Part shown: in pieces, positions 38,901 to 53,900 of the stretch
How the letters are laid out: every line of letters starts with the position of its first letter
Numbering within the stretch: the stretch's first letter is position 1
NCBI GenBank assembly: GCA_964016885.1
Contig: OZ024741.1
Span: forward strand, 185,938,001-186,002,000
Length of the DNA stretch: 64,000 nt
Source of the DNA: Eledone cirrhosa
Lineage: Eukaryota
Reading direction: 5' to 3'
The notes under the pieces: model-generated
Seen by the model: only the letters and a program-made list of their open reading frames with translations
What the model was told of the DNA's origin: nothing
Database searches by the model: none
Made by a program: the position numbers and the translations under genes

Positions 38901-41900
38901 TTTATGTTGGAGGTAATGCTAGTGTTGTTTGTTATTTTGTGTTGGAGGTAATGTTAGTGTTGTTTGTTATTTTATGTTGGAGGTAATGCTAGTTTTGTTT
39001 GTTATTTTGTGTTGGAGGTAATGCTATGTTGTTTGTTATTTTATGTTGGAGGTAATGCTATGTTGTTTGTTATTTAGTGTTGGAGGTAATGCTAGTGTTA
39101 TTTGTTATTTTGTGTTGGAGGTAATGCTAGTGTTGTTTGTTATTTTATGTTGGAGGTAATGCTATGTTGTTTGTTATTTTGTGTTGGAGTTAATGCTAGT
39201 GTTGTTTGTTATTTTGTGTTGGAGGTAATGCTAGTGTTGTTTGTTATTTTGTGTTCGAGGTAATGCTAGTGTTGTTTGTTATATTGTGTTGGAGGTAATG
39301 CCTTGTTGTTTGTTATTTTGTGTTGGAGGTAATGCTAGTGTTGTTTGTTATTTTGCGTTGGAGGTAATGTTAGTGTTGTTCGTTTTCTTATGTTGGAGGT
39401 AATGCCTTGTTGTTTGTTATTTTGTGTTGGAGGTAATGCTATGTTGTTTGTTATTTTGTGTTGGAGGTAATGCTAGTGTTGTTTGTTTTTTGTTTGTTGG
39501 AGGTAATGCTATTGTTGTTTGTTATTTTATGATGGTGGTAATGCTAGTGTTGTTTGTTATTTTATATTGGAAGTAATGCTAGTGTTGTTTGTTATTTTGT
39601 GTTGGAAGTAATGCTAGTGTTGTTTGTTATTTTATGTTGGAGGTAATGCTATGTTGTTTGTTATTTATGTTGGAGGTAATGCTAGTGTTGTTTGTTATTT
39701 TGTGTTGGAGCTAATGCTAGTGTTGTTTGTTATTTTATGTTGGAGGTAATGCTATGTCGTTTGTTATTTTATGTTGGAGGTAATGCTAGTGTTGTTTGTT
39801 ATTTTGTGTTGGAGGTAATGCTAGTGTTGTTTGTTATTTTATGTTGGAGGTAATGCTATGTTGTTTGTTATTTTATGTTGGAGATAATGCTAGTGTTGTT
39901 TGTTATTTTATGTTGTAGGTAGTGCTATGTTGTTTGTTATTTTATGTTGGAGGTAATGCTAGTGTTGTTTGTTATTTTATGTTGGAGGTAATGCTAGTGT
40001 TGTTTGTTATTTTGTGTTGGAGTTAATGCTAGTGTTGTTTGTTATTTTGTGTTCGAGGTAATGCTAGTGTTGTTTGTTATTTTGTGTTGGAGGTAATGCC
40101 TTGTTGTTTGTTATTTTGTGTTGGAGGTAATGCTAGTGTTGTTTGTTATTTTGCGTTGGAGGTAATGTTAGTGTTGTTCGTTTTCTTATGTTGGAGGTAA
40201 TGCCTTGTTGTTTGTTATTTTGTGTTGGAGGTAATGCTATGTTGTTTGTTATTTTGTGTTGGAGGTAATGCTAGTGTTGTTTGTTTTTTGTTTGTTGGAG
40301 GTAATGCTATTGTTGTTTGTTATTTTATGATGGTGGTAATGCTAGTGTTGTTTGTTATATTATGTTGGAGGTAATGCTATGTCGTTTGTTATTTTATGTT
40401 GGAGGTAATGCTAGTGTTGTTTGTTATTTTGTGTTGGAGGTAATGCTAGTGTTGTTTGTTATTTTATGTTGGAGGTAATGCTATGTCGTTTGTTATTTTA
40501 TGTTGGAGGTAATGCTAGTGTTGTTTGTTATTTTGTGTTGGAGGTAATGCTAGTGTTGTTTGTTATTTTATGTTGGAGGTAATGCTATGTTGTTTGTTAT
40601 TTTATGTTGGAGGTAATGCTAGTGTTGTTTGTTATTTTATGTTGTAGGTAGTGCTATGTTGTTTGTTATTTTATGTTGGAGGTAATGCTAGTGTTGTTTG
40701 TTATTTTATGTTGGAGGTAATGCTAGTGTTGTTTGTTATTTTGTGTTGGAGGTAATGCTAGTGTTGTTTGTTATTTTATGTTGGAGGTAATGCTAGTGTT
40801 TGTTATTTTGTGTTGGGGGTAATGCTATGTTGTTTGTTATTTTATGTTGGAGGTAATGCTAGTGTTGTTTGTTATTTTGTGTTGGGGTAATGCCTTGTTG
40901 TTTGTTATTTTATGTTGGAGGTAATGCTATGTTGTTTGTTATTTTGTGTTGGAGTTAATGCTAGTGTTGTTTGTTATTTTGTGTTGGAGGTAATGCTAGT
41001 GTTGTTTGTTATTTTGTGTTGGAGGTAATGCCTTGTTGTTTGTTATTTTGTGTTGGAGGTAATGCTAGTGTTGTTTGTTATTTTGCGTTGGAGGTAACGT
41101 TAGTGTTGTTCGTTTTCTTATGTTGGAGGTAATGCCTTGTTGTTTGTTATTTTGTGTTGGAGGTAATGCTATGTTGTTTGTTATTTTGTGTTGGAGGTAA
41201 TGCTAGTGTTGTTTGTTTTTTGTTTGTTGGAGTTAATGCTATTGTTGTTTGTTATTTTATGATGGTGGTAATGCTAGTGTTGTTTGTTATTTTATATTGG
41301 AGGTAATGCTAGTGTTGTTTGTTATTTTGTGTTGGAAGTAATGCTAGTGTTGTTTGTTATTTTATGTTGGAGGTAATGCTATGTTGTTTGTTATTTTATG
41401 TTGGAGGTAATGCTAGTGTTGTTTGTTATTTTGTGTTGGAGGTAATGCTAGTGTTGTTTGTTATTTTATGTTGGAGGTAATGCTATGTCGTTTGTTATTT
41501 TATGTTGGAGGTAATGCTAGTGTTGTTTGTTATTTTGTGTTGGAGGTAATGCTAGTGTTGTTTGTTATTTTATGTTGGAGGTAATGCTATGTTGTTTGTT
41601 ATTTTATGTTGGAGGTAATGCTAGTGTTGTTTGTTATTTTATGTTGTAGGTAGTGCTTTGTTGTTTGTTATTTTATGTTGGAGGTAATGCTAGTGTTGTT
41701 TGTTATTTTATGTTGGAGGTAATGCTAGTGTTGTTTGTTATTTTGTGTTGGAGGTAATGCTAGTGTTGTTTGTTATTTTATGTTGGAGGTAATGCTAGTG
41801 TTTGTTATTTTGTGTTGGGGGTAATGCTATGTTGTTTGTTATTTTATGTTGGAGGTAATGCTAGTGTTGTTTGTTATTTTGTGTTGGGGGTAATGCCTTG

Positions 41901-44900
41901 TTGTTTGTTATTTTATGATGGGGGTAATGCTATGTTGTTTGTTTTTTGTTTGTTGGAGGTAATGCTATGTTGTTTGTTATTTTGTGTTGGAGGTAATGCC
42001 TTGTTGTTTGTTATTTTGTGTTGGGGGTAATGCTATGTTGTTTGTTTTTTTGTTTATTGGAGGTAATGCTAGTGTTGTTTGTTATTTTGTGTTGGAGGTA
42101 ACGCCTTGTTGTTTGTTATTTTGTGTTGGGGGTAATGCTATGTTGTTTGTTTTTTGTTTGTTGGAGGTAATGCTATGTTGTTTGTTTTTTGTTTGTTGGA
42201 GGTAATGCTAGTGTTGTTTGTTATTTTGTGTTGGAGGTATTGCCTAGTTGTTTGTTATTTCGTGTTGTAGGTAATGCTAGTGTTGTTTGTTAGTTTGTGT
42301 TGGAGGTAATGTTAGTGTTGTTTGTTATTTTGTGTTGGATGTAATGCTAGTGTTGTTTGTTATTTTGTGTTGTAGGTAATGCTAGTGTTGTTTGTTATTT
42401 TGCGTTGGAGGTAATGTTAGTGTTGTTCGTTTTCTTATGTTGGAGGTAATGCTATGTTGTTTGTTATTTTATGTTGGAGGTAATGCTATGTTGTTTGTTA
42501 TTTTGTGTTGGAGGTAATGCTAGTGTTGTTTGTTATTTTGTGTTGGAGGTATTGCCTAGTTGTTTGTTATTTCGTGTTGTAGGTAATGCTAGTGTTGTTT
42601 GTTAGTTTGTGTTGGAGGTAATGCTAGTGTTGTTTGTTATTTTGTGTTGGAGGTAATGCTAGTGTTGTTTGTTATTTTGCGTTGGAGGTAATGTTAGTGT
42701 TGTTTGTTATTTTGGGATGTAGGTATTGCTAGTGTTGTTTGTTATTTTGTGTTGGAGGTAATGCTAGTGTTGTTTGTTATTTTGTGTTGTAGGTAATGCT
42801 AGTGTTTTTTGTTATTTTATGTTGGATGTAATGCTAGTGTTGTTTGTTATTTTGTGTTGGAGGTAATGTTAGTGTTGTTTGTTATTTTATGTTGGAGGTA
42901 ATGCTAGTGTTGTTTGTTATTTTTTGTTGTAGGTATTGCCTTGTTGTTTGTTATCTTGTGTTGTAGGTAATGCTAGTGTTGTTTGTTATTTTATGTTGGA
43001 GGTAATGCCTTGTTCTTTGTTATTTTGTGTTGTAGGTAATGCTAGTGTTGTTTGTTATTTTATGTTGGAGGTAATGCTAGTGTTGTTTGTTATTTTATGT
43101 TGGAGGTTATGCTATGTTGTTTGTTATTTTATGTTGGAGGTAATGCTATGTTGTTTGTTATTTTGTGTTAGAGGTAATGCTAGTGTTGTTTGTTATTTTA
43201 TGTTGGAGGTAATGCTAGTGTTGTTTGTTAATTTATTTTGGAGGTAATGCTAGTGTTGTTTGTTATTTTGTGTTGGGGTTAATGCATTGTTGTTTGTTAT
43301 TTTGTGTTGGGGGTAATGCTATGTTGTTTGTTTTTTGTTTGTTGGAGGTAATGCTAGTGTTGTTTGTTATTTTGTGTTGGAGGTATTGCCTAGTTGTTTG
43401 TTATTTCGTGTTGTAGGTAATGCTAGTGTTTTTTGTTAGTTTGTGTTGGAGGTAATGCTAGTGTTGTTTGTTATTTTGTGTTGGATGTAATGCTAGTGTC
43501 GTTTGTTATTTTGTGTTGTAGGTAATGCTAGTGTTGTTTGTTATTTTATGTTGGAGGTAATGCTAGTGTTGTTTGTTATTTTGTGTTGGAGGTAATGTTA
43601 GTGTTGTTTGTTATTTTATGTTGGAGGTAATGCTAGTGTTGTTTGTTATTTTGTGTTGGAGGTAATGCTATGTTGTTTGTTATTTTATGTTGGAGGTAAT
43701 GCTATGGTGTTTGTTATTTTGTGTTGGAGGTAATGCTAGTGTTGTTTGTTATTTTTTGTTGTAGGTATTGCCTTGTTGTTTGTTATTTTGTGTTGGAGGT
43801 AATGCTAGTGTTGTTTGTTATTTTATGTTGGAGGCAATGCTAGTCTTGTTTGTTATTTTAAGTTGGAGGTAATGCTATGTTGTTTGTTATTTTATGTTGG
43901 AGGTATTCCCTTGTTGTTTGCTATTTCGTGTTGGCGGTAATGTTAGTGTTGTTTGTTATTTTATGTTGGAGGTAATGCTAGTGTTGTTTGTTATTTTATG
44001 TTGGAGGTAATGCTACTGTTGTTTGTTTTTTATGTTGGAGGTAATGCTATTGTTGTTTGTTATTTTATGTTGGAGGTATTGCCTTGTTGTTTGTTGTTTT
44101 GTGTTGGAGGTAATGCTAGTGTTGTTTGTTATTTTATGTTGGAGGTAATGCTAGTGTTGTTTGTTATTTTAAGTTGGAGGTAATGCAAGTGTTGTTTGTT
44201 ATTTTATGTTGGAGGTAATGCTATGTTGTTTGTTATTTTATGTTGGAGGTATTCCCTTGTTCTTTGCTATTTCGTGTTGGCGGTAATGTTAGTGTTGTTT
44301 GTTATTTTATGTTGGAGGTAATGCTATGTTGTTTGTTATTTTATGTTGGAGGTATTCCCTTGTTGTTTGTTATTTCGAGTTGGAGGTAATGTTAGTGTTG
44401 TTTGTTATTTTATGTTGGAGGTATTGCTAGTGTTGTTTGTTATTTTATGTTGGAGGTAATGCTAGTGTTGTTTGTTATTTTATGTTGGAGGTAATGCTAG
44501 TGTTGTTTGTTATTTTATGTTGGAGGTAATGCTAGTGTTGTTTGTTATTTTATGTTGGAGGTAATGCTAGTGTTGTTTGTTATTTTATGTCGGAGGTAAT
44601 GCTAGTGTTGTTTGTTATTTTATGTTGGAGGTAATGCTAGTGTTGATTGTTATTTTATGTTGGAGGTAATGCTAGTGTTGTTTGTTATTTTTTGTTGTAG
44701 GTATTGCCTTGTTGTTTGTTATTTTGTGTTGTAGGTAATGCTAGTGTTGTTTGTTATTTTATCTTGGAGGTAATGCTAGTGTTTTTTGTTATTTTATGTT
44801 GGAGGTAATGCTAGTGTTGTTTGTTATTTTATGTTGGAGGTAATGCTAGTGTTGTTTGTTATTTTATGTTGGAGGTAATGCTAGTGTTGTTTGTTATTTT

Positions 44901-47900
44901 TTGTTGTAGGTATTGCCTTGTTGTTTGTTATTTTGTGTTGTAGGTAATGCTAGTGTTGTTTGTTATTTTATGTTGGAGGTAATGCTAGTGTTGTTTGTTA
45001 TTTTATGTTGGAGGTAATGCTAGTGTTGTTTGTTATTTTATGTTGGAGGTAATGCTAGTGTTGTTTGTTATTTTATTTTGGAGGTAATGCTAGTGTTGTT
45101 TGTTATTTGTTTGTTGGAGGTAATGCTAGTGTTGTTTGTTATTTTGTGTTGGAGGTAATGTTAGTGTTGTTTGTTATTTTATGTTGGAGGTAATTCTAGT
45201 GTTGTTTGTTTTTTGTTTGTTGGAGGTAATGCTAGTGTTGTTTGTTATTTCGTGTTGTAGGTATTGCATTGTTGTTTGTTATTTTGTGTTGGAGGTAATG
45301 CTATGTTGTTTGTTATTTTGTGTTGGAGGCAATGCTAGTGTTGTTTGTTATTTTTTGTTGTAGGTATTGCCTTGTTGTCTGTTATTTTGTGTTGGAGGTA
45401 ATGTTAGTGTTGTTTGTTATTTTATGTTGGAGGTAATGCTAGTGTTGTTTGTTATTTCGTGTTGTAGGTATTGCCTTGTTGTCTGTTATTTTGTGTAGGA
45501 GGTAATGTTAGTGTTGTTTGTTATTTTATGTTGGAGGTAATGCTAGTGTTGTTTGTTATTTTATGTTGGAGGTATTGCCTTGTTGTTTGTTATTTTGTGT
45601 TGGAGGTAATGCAAGTGTTGTTTGTTATTTTATGTTGGAGGTAATGCTAGTGTTGTTTGTTATTTTATGTTGGAGGTAATGCTAGTGTTGTTTGTTATTT
45701 TATGTCGGAGGTAATGCTAGTGTTGTTTGTTATTTTATGTTGGAGATATTGCCTTGTTGTTTGTTATTTTGTGTTGGAGGTAATGCTAGTGTTGTTTGTT
45801 CTGTTATGTCGGAGGTAATGCTAGTGTTGTTTGTTATTTTATGTTGGAGGTAATGCTAGTGTTGTTTGTTATTTTATGTTGGAGGTAATGCTAGTGTTGT
45901 TTGTTATTTTATGTTGGAGGTAATGCTAGTGTTGTTTGTTATTTTATGTTGGAGGTAATGCTACTGTTGTTTGTTTTTTATGTTGGAGGTAATGCTAGTG
46001 TTGTTTGTTATTTTTTGTTGGAGGTATTGCCTTGTTGTTTGTTATTTTGTGTTGGAGGTAATGCTAGTGTTGTTTGTTATTTTATGTTGGAGGTAATGCT
46101 AGTGTTGTTTGTTTTTTAAGTTGGAGGTAATGCAAGTGTTGTTTGTTATTTTATGTTGGAGGTAATGCTATGTTGTTTGTTATTTTATGTTGGAGGTAAT
46201 GCTATGTTGTTTGTTATTTTATGTTGGAGGTATTCCCTTGTTGTTTGTTATTTCGTGTTGGAGGTAATGTTAGTGTTGTTTGTTATTTTATGTTGGAGGT
46301 ATTGCTAGTGTTGTTTGTTATTTTATGTTGGAGGTAATGCTAGTGTTGTTTGTTATTTTATGTTGGAGGTAATGCTAGTGTTGTTTGTTATTTTATGTTG
46401 GAGGTAATGCTAGTGTTGTTTGTTATTTTATGTCGGAGGTAATGCTAGTGTTGTTTGTTATTTTATGTTGGAGGTAATGCTAGTGTTGATTGTTATTTTA
46501 TGTTGGAGGTAATGCTAGTGTTGTTTGTTATTTTATGTTGGAGGTAATGCTAGTGTTGTTTGTTATTTTTTGTTGTAGGTATTGCCTTGTTGTTTGTTAT
46601 TTTGTGTTGTAGGTAATGCTAGTGTTGTTTGTTATTTTATGTTGGAGGTATTGCTAGTGTTGTTTGTTATTTTATGTTGGAGGTAATGCTAGTGTTGTTT
46701 GTTATTTTATGTTGGAGGTAATGCTAGTGTTGTTTGTTATTTTATGTTGGAGGTAATGCTAGTGTTGTTTGTTATTTGTTTGTTGGAGGTAATGCTAATG
46801 TTGTTTGTTATTTTGTGTTGGAGGTAATGTTAGTGTTGTTTGTTATTTTATGTTGGAGGTAATTCTAGTGTTGTTTGTTTTTTGTTTGTTGGAGGTAATG
46901 CTAGTGTTGTTTGTTATTTCGTGTTGTAGGTATTGCATTGTTGTTTGTTATTTTGTGTTGGAGGTAATGCTATGTTGTTTGTTATTTTGTGTTGGAGGCA
47001 ATGGTAGTGTTGTTTGTTATTTTATGTTGGAGGTATTGCCTTGTTGTCTGTTATTTTGTGTTGGAGGTAATGTTAGTGTTGTTTGTTATTTTATGTGGGA
47101 GGTAATGCTAGTGTTGTTTGTTATTTCGTGTTGTAGGTATTGCATTGTTGTTTGTTATTTTATGTTGGAGGTAATGCTAGTGTTGTTTGTTATTTTATGT
47201 TGGAGGTAAAGCCAGTGTTGTTTGTTATTTTTTGTTGTAGGTATTGGCTTGTTGTTTGTTATTTTGTGTTGTAGGTAATGCTAGTGTTGTTTGTTATTTT
47301 ATGTTGCAGGTAATGCTAGTGTTGTTTGTTATTTTATGTTGGAGGTAATGCTAGTGTTGTTTGTAATTTTATGTTGGAGGTAATGCTAGTGTTGTTTGTT
47401 ATTTTATGTTGGAGGTAATGCTAGTGTTGTTTGTTATTTTGTGTTGGAGGTAATGTTAGTGTTGTTTGTTATTTTAAGTTGGAGGTAATGCTAGTGTTGT
47501 TTGTTTTTCGTTTGTTGGAGGTAATGCTAGTGTTGTTTGTTATTTCGTGTTGTAGGTATTGCATTGTTGTTTGTTATTTTGTGTTGGAGGTAATGCTATG
47601 CTGTTTGTTATTTTGTGTTGGAGGCAATGCTAGTGTTGTTTGTTATTTTATGTTGGAGGTATTGCCTTGTTGTCTGTTATTTTATGTTGGAGGTAATGCT
47701 AGTGTTGTTTGTTATTTTGTGTTGGAGGTAATGTTAGTGTTGTTTGTTATTTTATGTTGGAGGTAATGCTAGTGTTGTTTGTTTTTTGTTTGTTGGAGGT
47801 ATTGCCTTGTTGTTTGTTATTTTGTGTTGGAGGTAATGCTAGTGTTGTTTGTTATTTTATGTTGGAGGTATTGCCTTGTTGTCTGTTATTTTGTGTTGGA

Positions 47901-50900
47901 GGTAATGTTAGTGTTGTTTGTTATTTTATGTTGGAGGTAATGCTAGTGTTGTTTGTTATTTTATGTTGGAGGTAATGCTAGTGTTGTTTGTTATTTTATG
48001 TTGGAGGTAATGCTACTGTTGTTTGTTATTTTATGTTGGAGGTAATGCTATGTTGTTTGTTATTTTATGTTGGAGGTATTCCCTTGTTGCTTCTTATTTT
48101 GTGTTGTAGATAATGCTAGTGTTGTTTGTTATTTTATGTTGGAGGTAATGCTAGTGTTGTTTGTTATTTTATGTTGGAGGTAATGCTAGTTTTGTTTGTT
48201 ATTTTATGTTGGAGGTAATGCTAGTGTTGTTTGTTATTTTATGTTGGAGGTAATGCTAGTGTTGTTTGTTATTTTATGTTGGAGGCATTGCCTTGTTGTT
48301 TGTTATTTTGTGCTGGATGTAATGCTAGTGTTGTTTGTTATTTTGTGTTGGAGGTATTGCCTTGTTGTTTGTTATTTTGTGTTGGAGGTAATGTTAGTGT
48401 TGTTTGTTATTTTATGTTGGAGGTATTGCCTTGTTGTTTGTTATTTTGTGTTGGAGGTAATGCTAGTGTTGTTTGTTATTTTATTTTGGAGGTATTGCCT
48501 TGTTGTCTGTTATTTTTTGTTGGAGGTAATGCTAGTGTTGTTTGTTTTTTTGTGTTGGAGGTAATGTTAGTGTTGTTTGTTATTTTATGTTGGAGGTAAT
48601 GCTACTGTTGTTTGTTTTTTGTTTGTTGGAGGTATTGCCTTCTTGTTTGTTATTTTGTGTTGGAGGTAATGCTAGTGTTGTTTGTTATTTTATGTTGGAG
48701 GTAATGCTAGTGTTGTTTGTTATTTTAAGTTGGAGGTAATGCTATGTTGTTTGTTATTTTATGTTGGAGGTAATCCCTTGTTGTTTGCTATTTCGTGTTG
48801 GCGGTAATGTCGGTGTTGTTTGTTATTTTATGTTGGAGGTAATGCTAGTGTTGTTTGTTATTTTATGTTGGAGGTAATGCTAGTGTTGTTTGTTATTTTC
48901 TGTTGGAGGTAATGCTATGCTGTTTGTTATTTTGTGTTGGAGGCAATGCTAGTGTTGTTTGTTATTTTATGTTGGAGGTATTGCCTTGTTGTCTGTTATT
49001 TTATGTTGGAGGTAATGCTAGTGTTGTTTGTTATTTTGTGTTGGAGGTAATGTTAGTGTTGTTTGTTATTTTATGTTGGAGGTAATGCTAGTGTTGTTTG
49101 TTTTTTGTTTGTTGGAGGTATTGCCTTGTTGTTTGTTATTTTGTGTTGGAGGTAATGCTAGTGTTGTTTGTTTTTTATGTTGGAAGTAATGCTACTGTTG
49201 TTTATTTTTTATGTTGGAAGTAATGCTAGTGTTGTTTGTTATTTTATGTTGGAGGTAATGCTATGTTGTTTGTTATTTTATGTTGGAGGTAATGCTATGT
49301 TGTTTGTTATTTTATGTTGGAGGTATTCCCTTGTTGCTTCTTATTTTGTGTTGTAGATAATGCTAGTGTTGTTTGTTATTTTATGTTGGAGGTAATGCTA
49401 GTGTTGTTTGTTATTTTATGTTGGAGGTAATGCTAGTTTTGTTTGTTATTTTATGTTGGAGGTAATGCTAGTGTTGTTTGTTATTTTATGTTGGAGGTAA
49501 TGCTAGTGTTGTTTGTTATTTTATGTTGGAGGCATTGCCTTGTTGTTTGTTATTTTGTGCTGGATGTAATGCTAGTGTTGTTTGTTATTTTGTGTTGGAG
49601 GTAGTGCCTTGTTGTTTGTTATTTTGTGTTGGAGGTAATGTTAGTGTTGTTTGTTATTTTATGTTGGAGGTAATGCTAGTGTTGTTTGTTTTTTGTTTGT
49701 TGGAGGTATTGCCTTGTTGTTTGTTATTTTGTGTTGGAGGTAATGTTAGTGTTGTTTGTTATTTTATGTTGGAGGTAATGCTACTGTTGTTTGTTTTTTG
49801 TTTGTTGGAGGTATTGCCTTGTTGTTTGTTATTTTGTGTTGGAGGTAATGCTAGTGTCGTTTGTTATTTTATGTTGGAGGTAATGCTAGTGTTGTTTGTT
49901 ATTTTAAGTTGGAGGTAATGCTATGTTGTTTGTTATTTTATGTTGGAGGTAATCCCTTGTTGTTTGCTATTTCTTGTTGGCGGTAATGTTAGTGTTGTTT
50001 GTTATTTTATGTTGGAGGTAATGCTATGTTGTTTGTTATTTTATGTTGGAGGTATTCCCTTGTTGTTTGTTATTTCGAGTTGGAGGTAATGTTAGTGTTG
50101 TTTGTTATTTTATGTTGGAGGTAATGCTAGTGTTGTTTGTTATTTTACGTTGGAGGTAATGCTAGTGTTGTTTGTTATTTTTTGTTGTAGGTATTGGCTT
50201 GTTGTTTGTTATTTTGTGTTGTAGGTAATGCTAGTGTTGTTTGTTATTTTATGTTGGAGGTAATGCTAGTGTTGTTTGTTATTTTATGTTGGAGGTAATG
50301 CTAGTGATGTTTGTTATTTTGTGTTGGAGGTAATGTTAGTGTTGTTTGTTATTTTATGTTGGAGGTAATGCTAGTGTTGTTTGTTTTTTGTTTGTTGGAG
50401 GTAATGCTAGTGTTGTTTGTTATTTCGTGTTGGAGGTATTGCATTGTTGTTTGTTATGTTGTGTTGGAGGTAATGCTATGTTTTTTTTGTTATTTTGTGT
50501 TGGAGGCTATGCTAGTGTTGTTTGTTATTTTATGTTGGAGGTATTGCCTTGTTGTCTGTTATTTTGTGTAGGAGGTAATGTTAGTGTTGTTTGTTATTTT
50601 ATGTTATAGGTAATGCTAGTGTTGTTTGTTATTTTATGTTGGAGGTATTGCCTTGTTGTTTGTTATTTAGTGTTGGAGCTAACGCTAGTGTTGTTTGTTA
50701 TTTTATGTTGGAGGCAATGCTAGTGTTGTTTGTTATTTTATGTTGGAGGTAGTGCCTTGTTGTTTGTTATTTTGTGTTGGAGGTAATGCTAGTGTTGTTT
50801 GTTATTTTATGTTGGAGGTAGTGCCTTGTTGTTTGTTATTTTGTGTTGGAGGTAATGTTAGTGTCGTTTGTTATTTTGTGTTGTAGGTAATGCTAATGTT

Positions 50901-53900
50901 GTTTGTTATTTTATGTTGGAGGTAGTGCTAGTGTTGTTTGTTATTTCGTGTTGGCGGTGATGTTAGTGTTGTTTGTTATTTTATGTTGGAGGTAATGCTA
51001 TGTTGTTTGTTATTTTATGCTGGAGGTATTCCTTTGTTGTTTGTTATTTCGAGTTGGAGGTAATGTTAGTGTTGTTTGTTATTTTTTGTTGTAGGTATTG
51101 CCTTGTTGTTTGTTATCTTGTGTTGTAGGTAATGCTAGTGTTGTTTGTTATTTTATGTTGGAGGTAATGCTACTGTTTTTGTTATTTTATGTTGGAGGTA
51201 GTGCCTCGTTGTTTGTTATTTTGTGTTGGAGGTAATGCTAGTGTTGTTTGTTATTTTGTGTTGTAGGTAATGCTAGTGTTGTTTGTTATTTTATGTTGGA
51301 GGTAATGCTAGTGTTGTTTGTTATTTTATGTTGCCGGTAATGCTAGTGTTGTTTGTTATTTTATGTTGGAGGTAATGCTAGTGTTGTTTGTTATTTTGTT
51401 TTGGAGGTAATGTTAGTGTTGTTTGTTATTTTATGTTGGAGGTAATGTTAGTGTTGTTTGTTTTTTGTTTGTTGGAGGTAATGCTAGTGTTGTTTGTTAT
51501 TTCGTGTTGTAGGTATTGCATTGTTGTTTGTTATTTTGTGTTGGAGGTAATGCTATGCTGTTTGTTATTTTGTGTTGGAGGCAATGCTAGTGTTGTTTGT
51601 TATTTTATGTTGGAGGTATTGCCTTGCTGTCTGTTATTTTATGTTGGAGGTATTGCCTTGCTGTCTGTTATTTTATGTTGGAGGTAATGCTAGTGTTGTT
51701 TGTTATTTTGTGTTGGAGGTAATGTTAGTGTTGTTTGTTATTTTATGTTGGAGGTAATGCTAGTGTTGTTTGTTATTTTATGTTGGAGGTATTGCCGCGT
51801 TGTCTGTTATTTTGTGTTGGAGGTAATGTTAGTGTTGTTTCTTATTTTATGTTGGAGGTAATGCTAGTGTTGTTTGTTATTTTATGTTGGAGGTAATGCT
51901 AGTGTTGTTTGTTATTTTTTGTTGGAGGTAATGCTACTGTTGTTTATTTTTTATGTTGGAGGTAATGCTAGTGTTGTTTGTTATTTTATGTTGGAGGTAA
52001 TGCTATGTTGTTTGTTATTTCATGTTGGAGGTAATGCTAGTGTTGTTTGTTATTTTATGTTGGAGGTAATGCTAGTGTTCTTCGTTATTTTATGTTGGAG
52101 GTAATGCTATGTTGTTTGTTATTTTATGTTGGAGGTAGTCCCTTGTTGCTTGTTGTTTTTTGTTGTAGGTATTCCCTTGTTGTTTGTTATTTTGTGTTGT
52201 AGATAATGCTAGTGTTGTTTGTTATTTTATGTTGGAGGTAATGCTAGTGTTGTTTGTTATTTTATGTTGGAGGTAATGCTAGTTTTGTTTGTTATTTTAT
52301 GTTGGAGGTAATGCTAGTGTTGTTTGTTATTTTATGTTGGAGGTAATGCTAGTGTTGTTTGTTATTTTATGTTGGAGGTATTGCCTTGTTGTTTGTTATT
52401 TTGTGTTGGAGGTAATGCTAGTGTTGTTTGTTATTTTGTGTTGGAGGTATTGCCTTTTGTTTGTTATTTTGTGTTGGAGGTAATGTTAGTGTTGTTTGTT
52501 ATTTTATGTTGGAGGTATTGCCTTGTTGTTTGTTATTTTGTGTTGGAGGTAATGTTAGTGTTGTTTGTTATTTTGTGTTGGAGGTAATGCTAGTGTTGTT
52601 TGTTATTTTATTTGGGAGGTATTGCCTTGTTGTCTGTTATTTTAAGTTGGAGGTAATGCTAGTGTTGTTTGTTATTTTGTGTTGGAGGTAATGTTAGTGT
52701 TGTTTGTTATTTTATGTTGGAGGTAATGCTACTGTTGTTTGTTTTTTGTTTGTTGGAGGTATTGCCTTGTTGTTTGTTATTTTGTGTTGGAGGTAATGCT
52801 AGTGTTGTTTGTTATTTTATGTTGGAGGTATTGCCTTGTTGTCTGTTATTTTGTGTTGGAGGTAATGTTAGTGTTGTTTGTTATTTTATGTTGGAGGTAA
52901 TGCTAGTGTTGTTTGTTATTTTATGTTGGAGGTAATGCTAGTGTTGTTTGTTAGTTTATGTTGGAGGTATTGCCTTGTTGTTTGTTATTTTGTTTTGGAG
53001 GTAATGCTAGTGTTGTTTGTTATTTTATGTTGGAGGTAATGCTAGTGTTGTTTGTTATTTTAAGTTGGAGGTAATGCCATGTTGTTTGTTATTTTATGTT
53101 GGAGGTATTCCCTTGTTTTTTGCTATTTCGTGTTGGCGGTAATGTTAGTGTTGTTTGTTATTTTGTGTTGGAGGTAATGCTATGTTGTTTTTATTTTATG
53201 TTGGAGGTATTCCCTTGTTGTTTGTTATTTCGAGTTGGAGGTAATGTTAGTGTTGTTTGTTATTTTATGTTGGAGGTAATGCTAGTGTTGTTTGTTATTT
53301 TACGTTGGAGGTAATGCTAGTATTGTTTGTTCTTTTATGTTGGAGGTAATGCTAGTGTTGTTTGTTATTTTTTGTTGTAGGTATTGGCTTGTTGTTTGTT
53401 ATTTTGTGTTGTAGGTAATGCTAGTGTTGTTTGTTATTTTATGTTGGAGGTAATGCTAGTGTTGTTTGTTATTTTATGTTGGAGGTAATGCTAGTGTTGT
53501 TTGTTATTTTATGTTGGAGGTAATGCTAGTGTTGTTTGTTAATTTATGTTGGAGGTAATGCTAGTGTTGTTTGTTATTTTCTGTTGGAGGTAATGCTAGT
53601 GTTGTTTGTTATTTTGTGTTGGAGGTAATGTTAGTGTTGTTTGTTATTTTATTTTGGAGGTATTGCCTTGTTGTCTGTTATTTTATGTTGGAGGTAATGC
53701 TAGTGTTGATTGTTATTTTGTGTAGGAAGTAATGTTAGTGTTGTTTATTATTTTATGTTAGAGGTAATGCTAGTGTTGTTTGTTATTTTATGTTGGAGGT
53801 ATTGCCTTGTTGTTTGTTGTTTAGTGTTGGAGGTAATGCTAGTGTTGTTTGTTATTTTATGTTGGAGGCAATGCTAGTGTTGTTTGTTATTTTATGTTGG

